DNA of 64,000 nucleotides from Hemiscyllium ocellatum (Eukaryota), in the NCBI RefSeq assembly GCF_020745735.1, contig NC_083410.1, forward strand, positions 15,350,117-15,414,116, written 5' to 3'. Under the pieces are notes generated by a model. That model was not told the origin of the DNA and searched no databases. It saw only the letters and a program-made list of their open reading frames with translations. Shown one piece after another: positions 12,961 through 26,219 of this stretch. How positions within the stretch are numbered: position 1 is the stretch's first letter; each line of letters starts with the position of its first letter. The position numbers were made by a program, and so were the translations under genes.

Positions 12961-13713
12961 TGCCTTTGACGTGCCTCTCCTAGCTCAGAGGTAGGGAAAC
13001 TACATCTGTACCACATGAACCCCAGTGTTCCCGCTACATGGCCATTTCTGGGGATTAGTTACAGCAGAAGTCTCTCATTTGTGATAGTGCCCAGCTCTTT
13101 TGTTGAGGGTGGTTCCAGCTGACAGTCTTGTCAAAGGAAGACACCATGGCATTTTTCCCAATTAACCCTCACCCATCTCTAAAGACAGATATTTCACAGC
13201 ATGTTTAATGAAACTCCTTGGCTGAAAACTGAGATAAGTGCTTGTATCTTTTTAGAATACCGAGATTCCTTTTTGGTGGATTTTACAGGTAGTAAGTCAC
13301 ACATTCTTCGTTGAGGTCAGTGCAAAAAATACCACATGTCATGCCGATTTTGATTGTCACTTGCTCAGTGTGGGCATGCTCGATTGGGTCCATTTAATTG
13401 TGGTACCTGTTTGTTCAGCCTTGATAACAAATGGATAAGGCTAATTTTATTGGGGGCAGCAGTTATTAGTGAGGTTGTTTATTAGGCAGGACAATGCGAC
13501 AGGGCTCTGTGTGCTTGAGTTTAATGTTTAACAGATCCTGCTGTTGTCACTGGCACATCGTACTACAGTTCGATTTCTCTGCTGCATCTTCATGTTAACT
13601 TACACTGACACAACATTATTGTGTATCTATTCGGTTTCACAGTGAGCCTGCATACATGAACTGGCTCTATAGTTGTGCGTTGACTCTGCAGTTGTGTACT
13701 CACTCTTGGTCAT

Positions 13714-15441
13714 GCTCTGGATATGCACTGGCTCTGGGGGTGCTCACTGGCTCTGAGGGTGTGTATTGGCTCTGGGGGTGTGCACTGGCTCTGAGGGTGT
13801 GTATTGGCTCTGGGGGTGTGCACTGGCTCTGAGGGTGTGTATTGGCGCTGAGGGTGTGCTCTAGTCCTGAGGGTGTGTATTGGTGCTGAGGGTGTGCATT
13901 GGCTCTGAGGGTGTGTATTGGCGCTGAGGGTGTGTATTGGTGCTGAGGGTGTGCATTGGCTCTGAGGGTGTGTATTGGCTCTGAGGGTGTGCATTGGCTC
14001 TGAGGGTGTGTATTGGCTCTGAGGGTGTGTATTGCCTCTGAGGGTGTGTATTGGCGCTGAGGGTGTGTATTGGCTCTGAGGGTGTGTATTGCCTCTGAGG
14101 GTGTGTATTGGCGCTGAGGGTGTGTATTGGCTCTGAGGGTGTGTATTGGCGCTGAGGGTGTGTATTGGCTCTGAGGGTGTGTATTGCCTCTGAGGGTGTG
14201 TATTGGCGCTGAGGGTGTGTATTGGCGCTGAGGGTGTGTATTGGCTCTGAGGGTGTGTATTGGCTCTGGGGGTGTGCACTGGCTCTGAGGGTGTGTATTG
14301 GCACTGAGGGTGTGCTCTAGTCCTGAGGGTGTGTATTGGTGCTGAGGGTGTGTATTGGCGCTGAGGGTGTGTATTTGCTCTGAGGATGTGTATTGGCTCT
14401 GAGGGTGTGTATTGGCGCTGAGGGTGTGTATTGGCGCTGAGGGTGTGTATTGGCGCAGAGGGTGTGTATTGCCTCTGAGGGTGTGTATTGCCTCTGAGGG
14501 TGTGTATTGGCGCTGAGGGTGTGTATTGGTGCTGAGGGTGTGTATTGGCTCTGAGGGTGTGTATTGGCGCTGAGGGTGTGTATTGGTGCTGAGGGTGTGT
14601 ATTGGCTCTGGGGGTGTGTATTGGCTCTGAGGGTGTGTTTGGCTCTGAGGGTGTGTATTGGCGCTGAGGGTGTGTTTGGCGCTGAGGGTGTGTATTGGCG
14701 CTGAGGGTGTGTATTGACTCTGAGGGTGTGTATTGGCTCTGAGGGTGTGCACTAGTCCTGAGGGTGTGTATTGCCTCTGAGGGTGTGTATTGGCTCTGAG
14801 GGTGTGTATTGGCGCTGAGGGTGTGTATTGGCGCTGAGGATGTGTATTGCCTCTGAGGGTGTGTATTGGCGCTGAGGGTGTGTATTGGCGCTGAGGGTGT
14901 GTATTGGTGCTGAGGGTGTGTATTGGCTCTGGGGGTGTGTATTGGCTCTGAGGGTGTGTTTGGCGCTGAGGGTGTGTATTGGCGCTGAGGGTGTGTATTG
15001 ACTCTGAGGGTGTGTATTGGCTCTGAGGGTGTGCACTAGTCCTGAGGGTGTGTATTGGCTCTGAGGGTGTGTATTGGCGCTGAGGGTGTGTATTGGCGCT
15101 GAGGATGTGTATTGGCTCTGAGGGTGTGTCTTGGCGCTGAGGGTGTGTATTGGCGCTGAGGATGTGTATTGGCTCTGAGGGTGTGTATTGGCTTTGAGGG
15201 TGTGTATTGGCGCTGAGGGTGTGTATTGGCTTTGAGGGTGTGTATTGGCGCTGAGGGTGTGTATTGGCTCTGAGGGTGTGTATTGGCGCTGAGGGTGTGT
15301 ATTGCCTCTGAGGGTGTGTATTGGCGCTGAGGGTGTGTATTGGCTCTGAGGGTGTGTATTGCCTCTGAGGGTGTGTATTGCCTCTGAGGGTGTGTATTGG
15401 CGCTGGGGGTGTGTATTGGCGCTGAGGGTGTGTATTGGCTC
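13714..15441. repeat. Minisatellite, 19-bp unit (ctgagggtgtgtattggcK), about 90 copies
   Basis: Direct inspection; the ORF translation has a 19-aa period; 17- and 18-bp variant units are interspersed. Confidence 0.95.
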
Positions 15442-16312
15442 CTACGAACTTGCTCAGGCTGTGAGACTCAAGACAGTCAAATTTGGGAGATCCAAGGGTC
15501 AGTGTTTGGGTTGATTGGCTGGGAGGGGTTGTTACATTCACCCTGGGTTATGCAGGGACAATAAGACTCATCAATGTCCTGTTTGAGATCATAATTTTGT
15601 CCTGTCCTTTCTGAATATCAATACGATGGCGACAAGAGCAGGTCAGAATCCTGCAACCAATGACTCTCATCCTGACAACCCAGAGCCTATCCACCGTCTA
15701 TAAGGAGTGTGATTGAATACTCGTGAATGTTGCCTGGATGAATGCAGCTCCAACAACACTCAGGAAACCTGCTTGGTTGGCACCATGTCCATCACCTTCG
15801 ATATTCTCTCCTCCCACCACTGATGCTCCATGGCAACACTGTGTGTGTGCCATCTACAAGATGCTCTGCAAAGAGACGCTAAGGCTTCTTTGACAGCACC
15901 TTCCAAACCCACAACCATTACCACCTGGAAGGGTGAGGGAGCGAGCTGCAGGTCCCTCCAGCCAGACTTGGCCATGCATTGCTGTTCCTCACTGTTGCCA
16001 GGTGAAAATCCTGAAAACCACTTCCTAATAGCACTGGGGGAGATAAAACCTTTGCCGCATGTACTGCGATGGTTCCCCACTTTCTCAAGGGGAGGTTGGG
16101 ATGGTAATGAATGCTGACCTGACCAGTGAGATCTATATCTCATGAATGAATGAAAATTGCTCCGTCATTGATGGAAGTGCCTTCAGTTGCCTGGGCTCCA
16201 AATTCCAGAATTCCTTAGCTCCATCTCTTTACCTTGCTCGCTTCCAAGTCTACCTCTTTGGCTAAGTTTTGACTAGATCCAGCATCATCTTTTTTGTTGT
16301 AATTCTGTGAAG

Positions 16313-16625
16313 ATTAGATTAGATTAGATTACATTACAGTGTGGAAACAGGCCCTTTGGCCCAACAAGTCCACACCGACCCGCCGAAGCGTAACCCACCC
16401 ATACCCCTACATATACCCCTTACCTAACACTACGGGCAATTTAGCACGGCCAATTCACCTGACCCGCACATCTTTGGACTGTGGGAGGAAACCGGAGCAC
16501 CCGGAGGAAACCCACGCAGACACAGGGAGAACGTGCAAACTCCACACAGTCAGTCGCCTGAGGCGGGAATTGAACGTGGGTCCCTGGCGCTGTGAGGCAG
16601 CAGTGCTAACCACTGTGCCACCGTG
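16313..16625 (-). mobile_element. HE1-like V-SINE, young full-length copy
   Basis: CpG-rich, (agatt)n tail, probable TSD gtgaag. Confidence 0.9.
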
Positions 16626-17259
16626 AAGTGGCTTGTGATGATTTATTATGTTAAGGGTGCTATATAAATGTAAGTTGTTTTTATTGAATATGGATGGTAA
16701 GGGACACTTGGCACTTGACAGTGTTGTAGGCGATGGGAAGCTGCTCCCAAAGAGAGGGGAGTAACTCAGCACTGGGCACTCAGTGTAGGCCAGAGATATA
16801 GCAGGACCCTCACCTGCATGAGAGTGATATCTTCCCTGCAAAAAAAGGGGAAGATTGTAGACCTGGATCCTTATCTTGTGAAATGAAGTGAATGTATATG
16901 GGGAGGGGGAAGGGTTGGGTAAACACCACAGCTTTAAAAGTAGAGGCTGAAATCTGCTGTAATCATGCGGCACCTTCTCCCCATGTCAGCCCTTTTAACC
17001 TCCTGTCGATAATTCACTGGGGTGATGGCAGATTTAATTGCGCTGTTGTCCTCAATCCACTTTAGCAGGCAAGTACCTCAGCAAATAAAACTAGATCAGT
17101 CATTTATTGAAAGCATGCCAATTGATCTCCTTCTCCATCCTGTCCTCTCCCTTCCTACATCAGCATTATTACGTAAAATATATTGTATCTTTATAACAAC
17201 AAGGTCACTCAAAACACTGAACATAAATCAGTCATTGAAGATGCAACAAGCCTAGTTTC

Positions 17260-17992
17260 AGAGTCATTAAATTATTCAGCACAGTCCAACTAGTCCATCT
17301 GACCAAGTATCCCAAACTAAACTAGGGCCATTTGCCTGCATTTGGCTGATATTCCCTCCAAACCTTTCCTGTTCACAGGCTGTTCGAATGTCTTTTACAT
17401 GTTGTAACTGTCCCTGTATCTATCGTTTCCTCTGGCAATTCATTCCACGTACAAACCACCCTCTGTGTGGAAAGATTGCCCCTCAGGTCCCTTTTAAACC
17501 TTTCTCCTCTCACCTTAAAGATATGCCCCCGGTTCTAAACTCCCCCAACCCCACACAAACACCTTTACGTTTCACCCGAATCATGCCCCTCACGATTTTA
17601 TAATCCTGTAGAAGGTGAAAGTGAGGACTGCAGATGCTGGAGATTAGAGTCAAAATGATGTGGTGCTGGAAAAGCACAGCAGGTCATTCCTGATGATGGG
17701 CTACTGCCCGAAATGTCGATTCTCCTGCTCCTCAGATGCTGCCTGACCTGCTGTGCTTTTCCAGCATCACTCTAATCTTGACTCTAAACCTCTATTAGGT
17801 CAACCCCTCAGCCTCTGATACTACAGGGGAAAAGGCCCCAGGCTATTCAGCCTCTCCCTACAGCTCAGACCCTCCAATCCTGGCAAAGACTTCAAAATCA
17901 TTTCTGCATTCTTTCAAGTTTCACAACATCTTTCCTATACCAGGGAGACCAGAGCTGAATGCAGTATTCCAAAAGTGGCCTCACCAATGTCG
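17260..17992 (-). mobile_element. CR1 LINE 3' fragment interrupted by a PLE mini-element
   Basis: Reverse-complement similarity to 5930-6430. Confidence 0.75.
17617..17785. mobile_element. Palindromic PLE-terminus mini-element nested in a CR1
   Basis: Inverted arms; a degenerate duplication of the CR1 segment taaacctctataaggt lies on both sides. Confidence 0.75.
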
Positions 17993-18620
17993 TCTAGGTT
18001 ATATATATTCCCACAGAACATTGATAAAATGCCATGTGACCCAACATTGTTAAAACATGCTTTCTGAAACACTGCTTTTCAATATATTACACTTCATACA
18101 TTGTAATAATTTGTGCATGGTGTATATATTGTATATTGTGGAAGCTCAATCAGTCAGCATGTGCATGATAGAATTTGATAGATTTTTGGAGGCATACTGT
18201 ATTCAGGGAAATGGAGACAGTGGTATTGGAGATAAACAGCCACTATCTGTTTGAGTGGTGAGAAGGCTCAGTGAGCTAACCGGCCTTTGTCCGTTCCTGT
18301 TGGCCAATTGAATCTGGAGTGTGGGACATGGGAGAATGTAGAGCTGAGGTTAAAATCAGATCAGCAATGGTGTTATTGAATGGTGTGGTGGGCCTGAATG
18401 GCCAGGGTTGCTGCTTTTCTTCCTTGTTCGTATGTTTCATATGCTGAGACCTGCAGAAAAAGATTTATCCAAGGTGGCACCTGCAGTGGGAACTTACTCA
18501 CCATTATGATTTGTTGCCCTATGATGTTGACAGGTTTATTTGTGTGGTCTGAGTTGGGGTTTAGGAGTTAGGGGTGCATGGGTTGGAGCAGAGATTGACC
18601 CTGATGATAAATCCTTCAGT

Positions 18621-18742
18621 CCTGATGAAGGGTTATGCCTGAAACGTCGACTCTTTAGCTCTTCAGATGCTGCCTGACCTGCTGTGCCTTTTCCACACTT
18701 TATCGACTCTGACTCTCCAGCATCTGCAGTCCTCACTATCTT
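18621..18742 (+). mobile_element. Single-arm PLE-terminus element
   Basis: cctgatgaagggttatgcctgaaacgtc followed by the family body and tail. Confidence 0.75.
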
Positions 18743-19052
18743 CCTTCACTTACTAACTGCTCCATCCCTCAGTTCCCATGAGGTGGATCATCAGCTCCCT
18801 CCAACCCTGGATTTGGGACAGACCAGAAATGATCTACCTTCCCTTCTTCTCATCAGGAAATGAAGGGCATGGCCGCCATCCTCCCATTTCATCTCCCGTC
18901 CCAGTGTTCTCTGCAGCAGTTGGAAGGGTTGTAAATATGGAAAAGATGTCCATTTCCAGCTGTGTTAACTCTCACTTTCTGGGAACATGGCTGTTGTTTT
19001 CCAGTTCCAATCCAGAGACCTGAGCTAAAACTGAGGCTGAACAATCTCAGGG

Positions 19053-19252
19053 GAGAAAGTGAGGTCTGCAGATGCTGGAGTATCAGAGCTGAAAATGTGT
19101 TGCTGGAAAAGTGCAGCAGGTCAGGCAGCATCCAAGGAACAGGAGTTTCGGGCATAAGCCCTTCATCAGGGGCTTATGCCTGAAATGTCGAATTTCCTGT
19201 TCCTTGGATGCTGCCTGACCTGCTGCGCTTTTCCAGCAACACATTTTCAGCT
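19053..19252. mobile_element. Palindromic PLE-terminus mini-element
   Basis: Perfect 16-bp TSD ctgaacaatctcaggg at 19037-19052 and 19253-19268. Confidence 0.88.
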
Positions 19253-20399
19253 CTGAACAATCTCAGGGCCATACTGACAGGGTCCAGCTCTGTTTGAGGT
19301 GCCATCTGTCCCACGAATCGTTAAGTTGTGAGCCTTTTACTCCCCTGTTAGGTCAACATGAAAACCATTATTTTGAAATGGAGCAGACAAGTCCTGGTCA
19401 ATATCTACTGCTGAAGAAGCATGCTTAAACCAAATGGAATCGCTGTTTGTGGGAGCTGACTGTGCACACAATGGCTGCTACTCTTCCTACATTATTGCGG
19501 TGACTACATGTCAAGAAATTGATTCAAAAGCCGCCTTGGGATGTTGCGCTGTCATGAAAGACACTGCGGAAGTTCAAGTCTTTCTCCTTTTCTTCCGACT
19601 CATGAATTGTATTCATATTCCCTGTGGTTGACTTGTTGCATGTTTTCTTTTGTTTGTTCATGGGACGGGGACATTGCTGGCCACTCCAGCGTTGATTGTC
19701 CATCCCTGATTGCCCACAAGAGGTGACTGGGTTCGAGCCGCTGGTTGACCATCCACGAGACATTGTCCTGTTTGAATTGCTCAGGAAAGACTTGGTGTTG
19801 TGTGAGGGTTATGTATTGTCTGGGTGGTGCCGTAGGCTGCCATGACATGTGACATCCCTTTTCAGGCTTCCACTATACTGAGTTTGAAAATGCGTTGGCG
19901 TCAGAACTTTCGGGACAATGAACCACTGCTATAGGAGGGAATTAATGCTATCCATGCATCGGGCCCCTCGAGCAAGATGGTAGCTGCAGCTACTGCACAC
20001 GAGGGTATCAGAGATAACTCTCTGTCAGTCAGAGTCTGTTTATTAGAGCAGCCAGTCATGTCCTGGTCAAGAGAAGCTCATTCAAACACTGAGGAGGTTC
20101 AAGAACATAGAGGTTTGAAGTGATTGTGGCAGGCGTAGGATGATGCCTTTGACACTAGCCTTTGAGATCACTTCAGTGGCTCGCTGTCTGCCCTTGTCAG
20201 TTAAAGCTTTGCAGAGCACCTTTGAATTGACTTCACTGACACCACTGTCTTCTGTCTAACCTCTGGGAAATGGTGTCTGGAGTGCATAGAGGAGTGTCGT
20301 GGCTTCACAGCATGATCTTTTGGCTCTGCCTTTCATGATATTTGGACAAGCAGATTCATTGGCGAGGCATTTATAATCCAGGCTTGGAGGGGGAATTTG

Positions 20400-20735
20400 A
20401 CTACATGATGAGGGACATGGATAGGGTGACTAGCTAAGATCTTTTTCCCAGCATGAGGAGTACAAAACTAGAGGGCATAGGTTTAAGGGGAGAGGAAAGA
20501 TTTAAAGAGGACAAAGGGGGTATGTGTATGGATTGAACTGCCAGAGGAAGTGGTCGAAGCTGGTACAATTACAGCATTTAAAAGGCATTTGGATGGGTAT
20601 ATGAACAGGAAGGGTTTAGAGGGATATGAGCCAAATGCTGGCAAATGGGACTAGGTCAGATTGGGATGTCTTGTCAGCGTGGATGAGTTGGACTGAAGGG
20701 TCTGTTTCTGTGCTGTAAACTCTGTGACTCTATGG
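20400..20735 (+). mobile_element. CR1 3' fragment
   Basis: Similar to 6120-6430. Confidence 0.78.
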
Positions 20736-21059
20736 GGGTGACTTCAACTGAATCATTCTGCAGACGTGGACTATGCATGTACAAATTAGGAGCAAGGGAA
20801 GGCTATTTGGCCCCTCATATGTGCTCCATCTTTCAATGGGATCATGGCTGTAGCCTCAACTCCATTTTCTCGCCTTAGAGTCACCCCCCCCCCCCCCCAC
20901 CCCAAATAATCTTTGACTCCCTTGAATAAAGAGAGCATCTGGGTTGTTATAAAATGATACCTCAATTAGAAGCCCTTTTGCCTGTATCCCACCTCAGCCG
21001 TTACATCCCTCTCCCAGCGCTCACTAATCCATCAGGTCATTCCTAGCCACCCCCAAGAA

Positions 21060-21785
21060 GACTAGTGCACAGATACAGCAAGTAATCAGGAAAGCAGTAG
21101 AATGTTATGCTTTATTATAAGGGATATTGAATACATCACCGGGGAGGTTATGCCTCAGTTATTTGGGGCATTAGTAAGGCCAACTCTGATGTACAGTGCA
21201 GAATATTGGTCGCTGAACTTAATGGAAGGATGTTAATGCAATGGAAGTAGTTCAGAGAAGGTTATCCGAAAATTCAGAGAAGGTGAATAAATGAAGTCCC
21301 CAGGTTACGAACGAGTTCCATTTTTTCCACTGCTCGTAAGCTGAATTTGTGCGTAAGTCTGAGCAGATACGGACAAGTTAGTCCGCCCGGTCGTTAGGAC
21401 GAAACATTGTGCGGAACTCAGATTTTAAAGCATAATTCTTAAAAATGAGAGGCCGGAGATCGGTTTGTAAGTACGGGACGTTTGTAAGTCGGGTGTTTGT
21501 AACCTGGGGACTCAGTGTACCTGGAATGAGCACATTGCCTTGTGAGAAAAGGCGAGACTGGCTAGGCCTGTATCCTCTGGAGTTTAGAAGAGATGGAGGT
21601 GACTTACTTGAAACACGAAAAGTCCTGAGAGGACTTGACCAGGTGGCTCTGGCAAGGATCTTTCCTTTCGTGGGAGAATCTAGAAATAGAGGTTATAGTT
21701 TTAAAAAGGAAGACAGTTTAAGATTAAGATGAGCCAACATTTTCCTCCCAGAGGTACGTGAGTGTTTGGAATTCCCTTCCTCAAA
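21060..21785 (+). mobile_element. Old CR1 fragment interrupted by the MITE
   Basis: LGLYPLEFRR..GDLLET.K.L.GLD motif and EY..Q.W.P remnants. Confidence 0.7.
21290..21517. mobile_element. Tc1/mariner (pogo/Tigger-like) MITE inserted in a CR1
   Basis: TIRs agtccccaggttac / gtaacctggggact; TA at 21288-21289 and 21518-21519; CR1 sequence resumes after it. Confidence 0.8.
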
Positions 21786-21974
21786 AGCCTTTCGTCTCCT
21801 GGTTGTTTATTTTTATCTTCTAAAACCCTGACACTACCGCCAAACAGTGGTATTTATTTCCCAGCATCCAAGTTGTGTGTGTGCAGGTAGAATACAGTGA
21901 AGAACAAGTGCAGAAATCCTTATTCATATTCCACCACCAGGAAGAAAGGAAATCCCCTGGGTAGTCAGTGATGA

Positions 21975-22222
21975 AATGTCCAAACTCAACACAGACAGTC
22001 ACCCCGACGCTGGAGTTGAACCTGGGTCCCTGGCACTGTGAGGCAACAGTGCTAACCACTGAGCCACCGATCAGGTCTTGCTTATATATCTTTGGAGGGA
22101 AACCCCCACAGACAGGAGATTATTCAAACCCCCCACACAGACAGTCACCCAAGGCTAGAATCAAACCCAGGTCCCCGGCGTTGTGAGGCAGCAGTGCTAC
22201 CCACTGAGCCACTGTACCACCC
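21975..22222 (-). mobile_element. Two tandem HE1 head fragments
   Basis: Two consecutive copies of cagtcacc..gaacc..ggtccc..gtgaggca..agtgcta..cactgagccac. Confidence 0.75.
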
Positions 22223-22376
22223 ATCAGATCCTGCTTATATTGGTCAGCCAAGGCTTTCCTGATTGGTACAGGTGAACAACTCCAATCTAGAACCACATAG
22301 TTAACAAGGTCAACCTGTTCACAGTCTCCGCAGCATACCACTGAGCAGACCTTCCACTTGTGTTTCTAGAAGCTAA

Positions 22377-22560
22377 AAAATGTGTTGCTGGAAAAGCGCA
22401 GCCGGTCAGGCAGCATCAAAGGAGCAGGAGAATCGACGTTTCGGGCATGAGCCCAAAACGTCGATTCCCCTGCTCCTTTAATGCTGCCTGACCTGCTGCG
22501 CTTCTCCAGCAACACATTTTTCAGCTCTGATCTCCAGCATCTGCAGTCCTCACTTTCTCC
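22377..22560. mobile_element. Palindromic PLE-terminus mini-element (arms fused at the stem-II hairpin)
   Basis: TSD agaagctaa at 22368-22376 and 22561-22569; centre is cgacgtttcgggcatgagcccaaaacgtcg. Confidence 0.82.
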
Positions 22561-24523
22561 AGAAGCTAATCCAAGAAAGACAAAACCAGCGCAGGACAGG
22601 GTTAAATTGATCATTAATGCAGGCTCTCAACCCTTCCTGGGATGTTGGCATGTGTTTCCTGGAACAAGAGAAAGGCCTTTGCTTCTTGAGGTAGGCAGTG
22701 TGTCAAGGTAGAAGGTAGCGTGACCCAGTGGCTGATTAACTCGGAACCTGGCCCAGTCGAGATTTTAGTCAATTTTGCTGGAAGGCCTCAAGGGAAAATT
22801 GCAACATCCATAATTAATGTCACCATTATACCATATATCCATAGATCTCATGTTGAATAATTAACACTTAAAATTCAAGCTGCCATGTTGCCGAATCAAT
22901 AATTAAAATTGGCTTCTTGAGATACTTTTGTTTCCCATGGCTCTGTTGGTTGAGGCTGAAGAAGCATCTGGTTCTCATTTCAGCCCTCAGAGTTGCTCAG
23001 TTAACAAAACCCTCATTAATCTGGCTGGTTTGAAATGGTAATGGATGGTGTGAGCACACGTGGGAGGGGTGACAGCATCAGAGAGAGGTAAAGAGAGACA
23101 GAGTGAAAAACTGCTGGAGAGAGAGAGGAACAGGACAGAGTGAAAGGGGAAGTGATCCACGAGAAGAAGACAGACAGAAAGAGAATGGTGAGTAAAAAGG
23201 AGGACAGAAAGAAAGAGGGAGTGAGCAGGAGAAGGGTGAAATCTCTGCCTTTGGCTCCTCACTATTTATAACAAAGTGACTGTAGAGTTAGGGCTTTCTA
23301 CACGGTGAGTTGCAACCTCACTTTGGGGATCATGAGCTCTGAAACATTAATGGCTGCCGTAGGGCCTGGCCTGAATGTGAACACCTTTTTCCCCTTGTGC
23401 TGTGGAAGGAGGCGGAATAGTAAATAATATTGGAAGCAAAGACAGTTCAGGCACTCAGGTCACCTAGAGATGGGAAGAGGTTTCAAAGTTAAATATTTAT
23501 TTGAAACAAACAGGAATTATGCACAACCATTTAATGTATGTGTGTGTGCATTTGAGCATGTGGGCATTCTGGTCTATATGTGTTTGCATATGTATATGTG
23601 AATGTGTGTTGATGTGTCCATGTGGGGTCCATGTGCATGGGGAAGGGGCAATGTAAAGGATGGAGTAGGCCTGGGGACTTGAAAAAAGTAAGGAAATGAG
23701 GAAGTTGGGGGTTTGTGGAGCAGGCAAGATGTGAGAAGATGACTTGGAAAAAAACTTGCATTTATTTGGTGTCTTGACACAGGTTAGGATCCCGAGAGAT
23801 GGAACGGGGGTTTGGGGTCTGAGTGGATTGAGGTGTTGCTTGACCAGGAGCCAGTGTTGATCAGCGAGAACAGGGACAGGATTGGGTGCAGGTCAGGGCG
23901 TGAATGGGAGGAGGGGACAGTGTAGGCTTCGGCTTGGTTTGATTCAACTGTAGGGGAATCCGAAATGGTAAAAGAGCAAAGGAAAGTTCAGTAGAATTGA
24001 CAGGGTCGTCACCAGCAGAGGTGGACACTTGATAATCCAAAGTTAGGTTGTCAGCTATGGGAGGATAGATTCCTGGAGATCTCGTCACATGACCTCCATT
24101 GCTGCACCCATGCGCTCCCACCCATTGGCTAACTAATTGTCAATTCTAAATTCTCACCAAAATCCCATTTTCCTTGGGCTGGAACCTTTTTTTTATTCTT
24201 TGAACAGATGTGAACATCACAAGCAAGGTCAGATTGGTTGCCCGTCCTTAGTGTGCCTTGATCGGTGAGACGTGTGCAACAGTATTTCTTTTTAGGTTCT
24301 AATACTCCAAAGCCCATTTTTTTGTGGAATTCAGTAGCTGATTTGTTACTGATAAATACTGCAGATAAATATTGTCAAAAGACCCAACCTTTTCACAAAT
24401 GTTTCGCACTTGGTAAGGCATTTTTGTCCCTAATTCTGTAAGCTCTCCTAATCTCCAGCACTCTTTGTCAAATCTGTCATTGTAACTTGCAGGGAAGATG
24501 ACTTAGTTTAACCGTGTCAACTA

Positions 24524-24798
24524 GAGTGTGGAAACAGGCCCTTCAGCCCAACAGGTCCACCCCAACCCTCTGGAGAATAACCAACCCAAACCCATTTCTC
24601 TCTGATTAATGCACCTAGCACTATAGTGTATATTAGCATGGCCAATTCACATAATCTGCACATCTTTGGATTGTGGGGGGAAACCCATACAAACTCAGGG
24701 AGAATGTGGAAACTCCACAGTCGCCTGAGGTTGGAATCGAACCTGGGTCCCTGGCACTGTGAGGTAGCAGTGCTGACCACTGAGCCACCATGCTGCCC
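24524..24798 (-). mobile_element. HE1-like V-SINE
   Basis: Similar to 16313-16625. Confidence 0.82.
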
Positions 24799-26219
24799 AT
24801 AAGCTGTTTGACAATGTGTGTAGAGTAACATCTCCCAACCCATTCTGACTACACTCCATGAAGGGCAGGCGCTTGTCCATCTTCACTTGATGACTCAGCG
24901 GCAGGGAGCAGGAAGATGGAAATGAATTACCCAAACTCACTAACACACGCCACTTGCAACACACGCTCCATGCCACCCACTCTTACCTCTGACCTCAAGG
25001 CCATTGGATGATCATCTGGATAGGAATAGTGTGCAGGGATAAGGGGAAAAGGCTGGAGATTGGCATGAGGTAATAGAACCAGTGAGGGCATAAAAGGTTG
25101 TATTGGCTTCAGTCCCTCTGTGATCTGGTTTTAGGCCATTTCCAAGTCAATCCCATTCTAGAGTAAGGATAGCAGATTTACTCCTGTAAAGGACAAATCA
25201 GGTAGATTTTTAATAACAAAAGACGACAATGGCATCCCATTAGCTTACTCATTCCACATTTATTCACTGAATTTTAATTTCAGCCCTTGGGATTTGAAGG
25301 TAACCTGGGCCTCTCGATGCCTAACCCTGTCATATTACCACCAAGCTTCAAGCCGCTGAGTTCGTTGTTCATTTCCAGTGTCCTATATTGAATAACTATT
25401 AGACATTTTCACTGAAATTCAAGTAAAAGATCTTGAGGAGCCCCAAATCTCCTGAATCTGGTGATAGGTTTTTCGTTCCTGGGGACTCTAGGCCAGTGCT
25501 GCAGGGTCGGAAACCTGGGGCTGGAGTTTAGTGTTTACAAGCCTCAGTGCTCTGAGCAGAGGTCAGGGTTACGAGTTCTTTTCAGTAAATGGATTCCAGG
25601 TGGTTGGAACTGCAGAATGATTAGTTAGGGGCACAGCCATCATAAAGTAGTAACAATTTGAGGCAATAGCGGGGCCACTTCCAAAATGAGCAGCTTGGCT
25701 TCGTTTGCAAAAAAAAAACCCCTAATTGTCTAGATTTATAAGGTCCTCACAGCGGGCCTAATAGAAAATCTCTCAGAGTTCCTGACCTCCTGGCTGTAAT
25801 TACAGAGCTGCTCACACCCACATCATCATCATCATCATGTCTTCATTTTATTCTGATTTCTCCACAGGATGTGGGTGTGGTCCATGTTTAGTGTCTTCCC
25901 CCCATTTTGCTTGAGGAGACATTGAATCTCAGCATTGTTTGACACAACCTAGTGGCCTGTAGGAAGGTGCGAAATAGTAACGGAATCTGTCCAGTCAGCT
26001 TCTGGACTGGCCTGTTATTCAGTGGGAATACTGTGAACAGTTTTGGGCCACTTATCTAAGGAAAGATATATTGGCATTGGACGGAGTCCAGAGAAGGTTT
26101 GCTGGGCTAATACCAGGTATTGAGGGACTGTCTTCAGAGGAGAGGTTGGATCTGTATTTAATGGAATCTAAACAATGAAAGATACCTGCAAGAATCCTAG
26201 AGATGACGCGGAAAGGCTA

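Noticed and set aside
13700-15541. 613-aa minus-strand ORF
   Set aside because: It is the translation of the 19-bp minisatellite; 19-aa periodicity, with overlapping ORFs in the other frames.
19053-19252. Palindromic elements as DNA-transposon MITEs
   Set aside because: TSD length varies from 9 to 16 bp, the arms are asymmetric, and the sequence matches the PLE 3' terminus, which indicates retrotransposition.
19760-20345. Possible additional coding exon or RTE-like LINE remnant on the minus strand
   Set aside because: No sustained open frame or splice-bounded similarity to KIF26B; too decayed to classify by eye.
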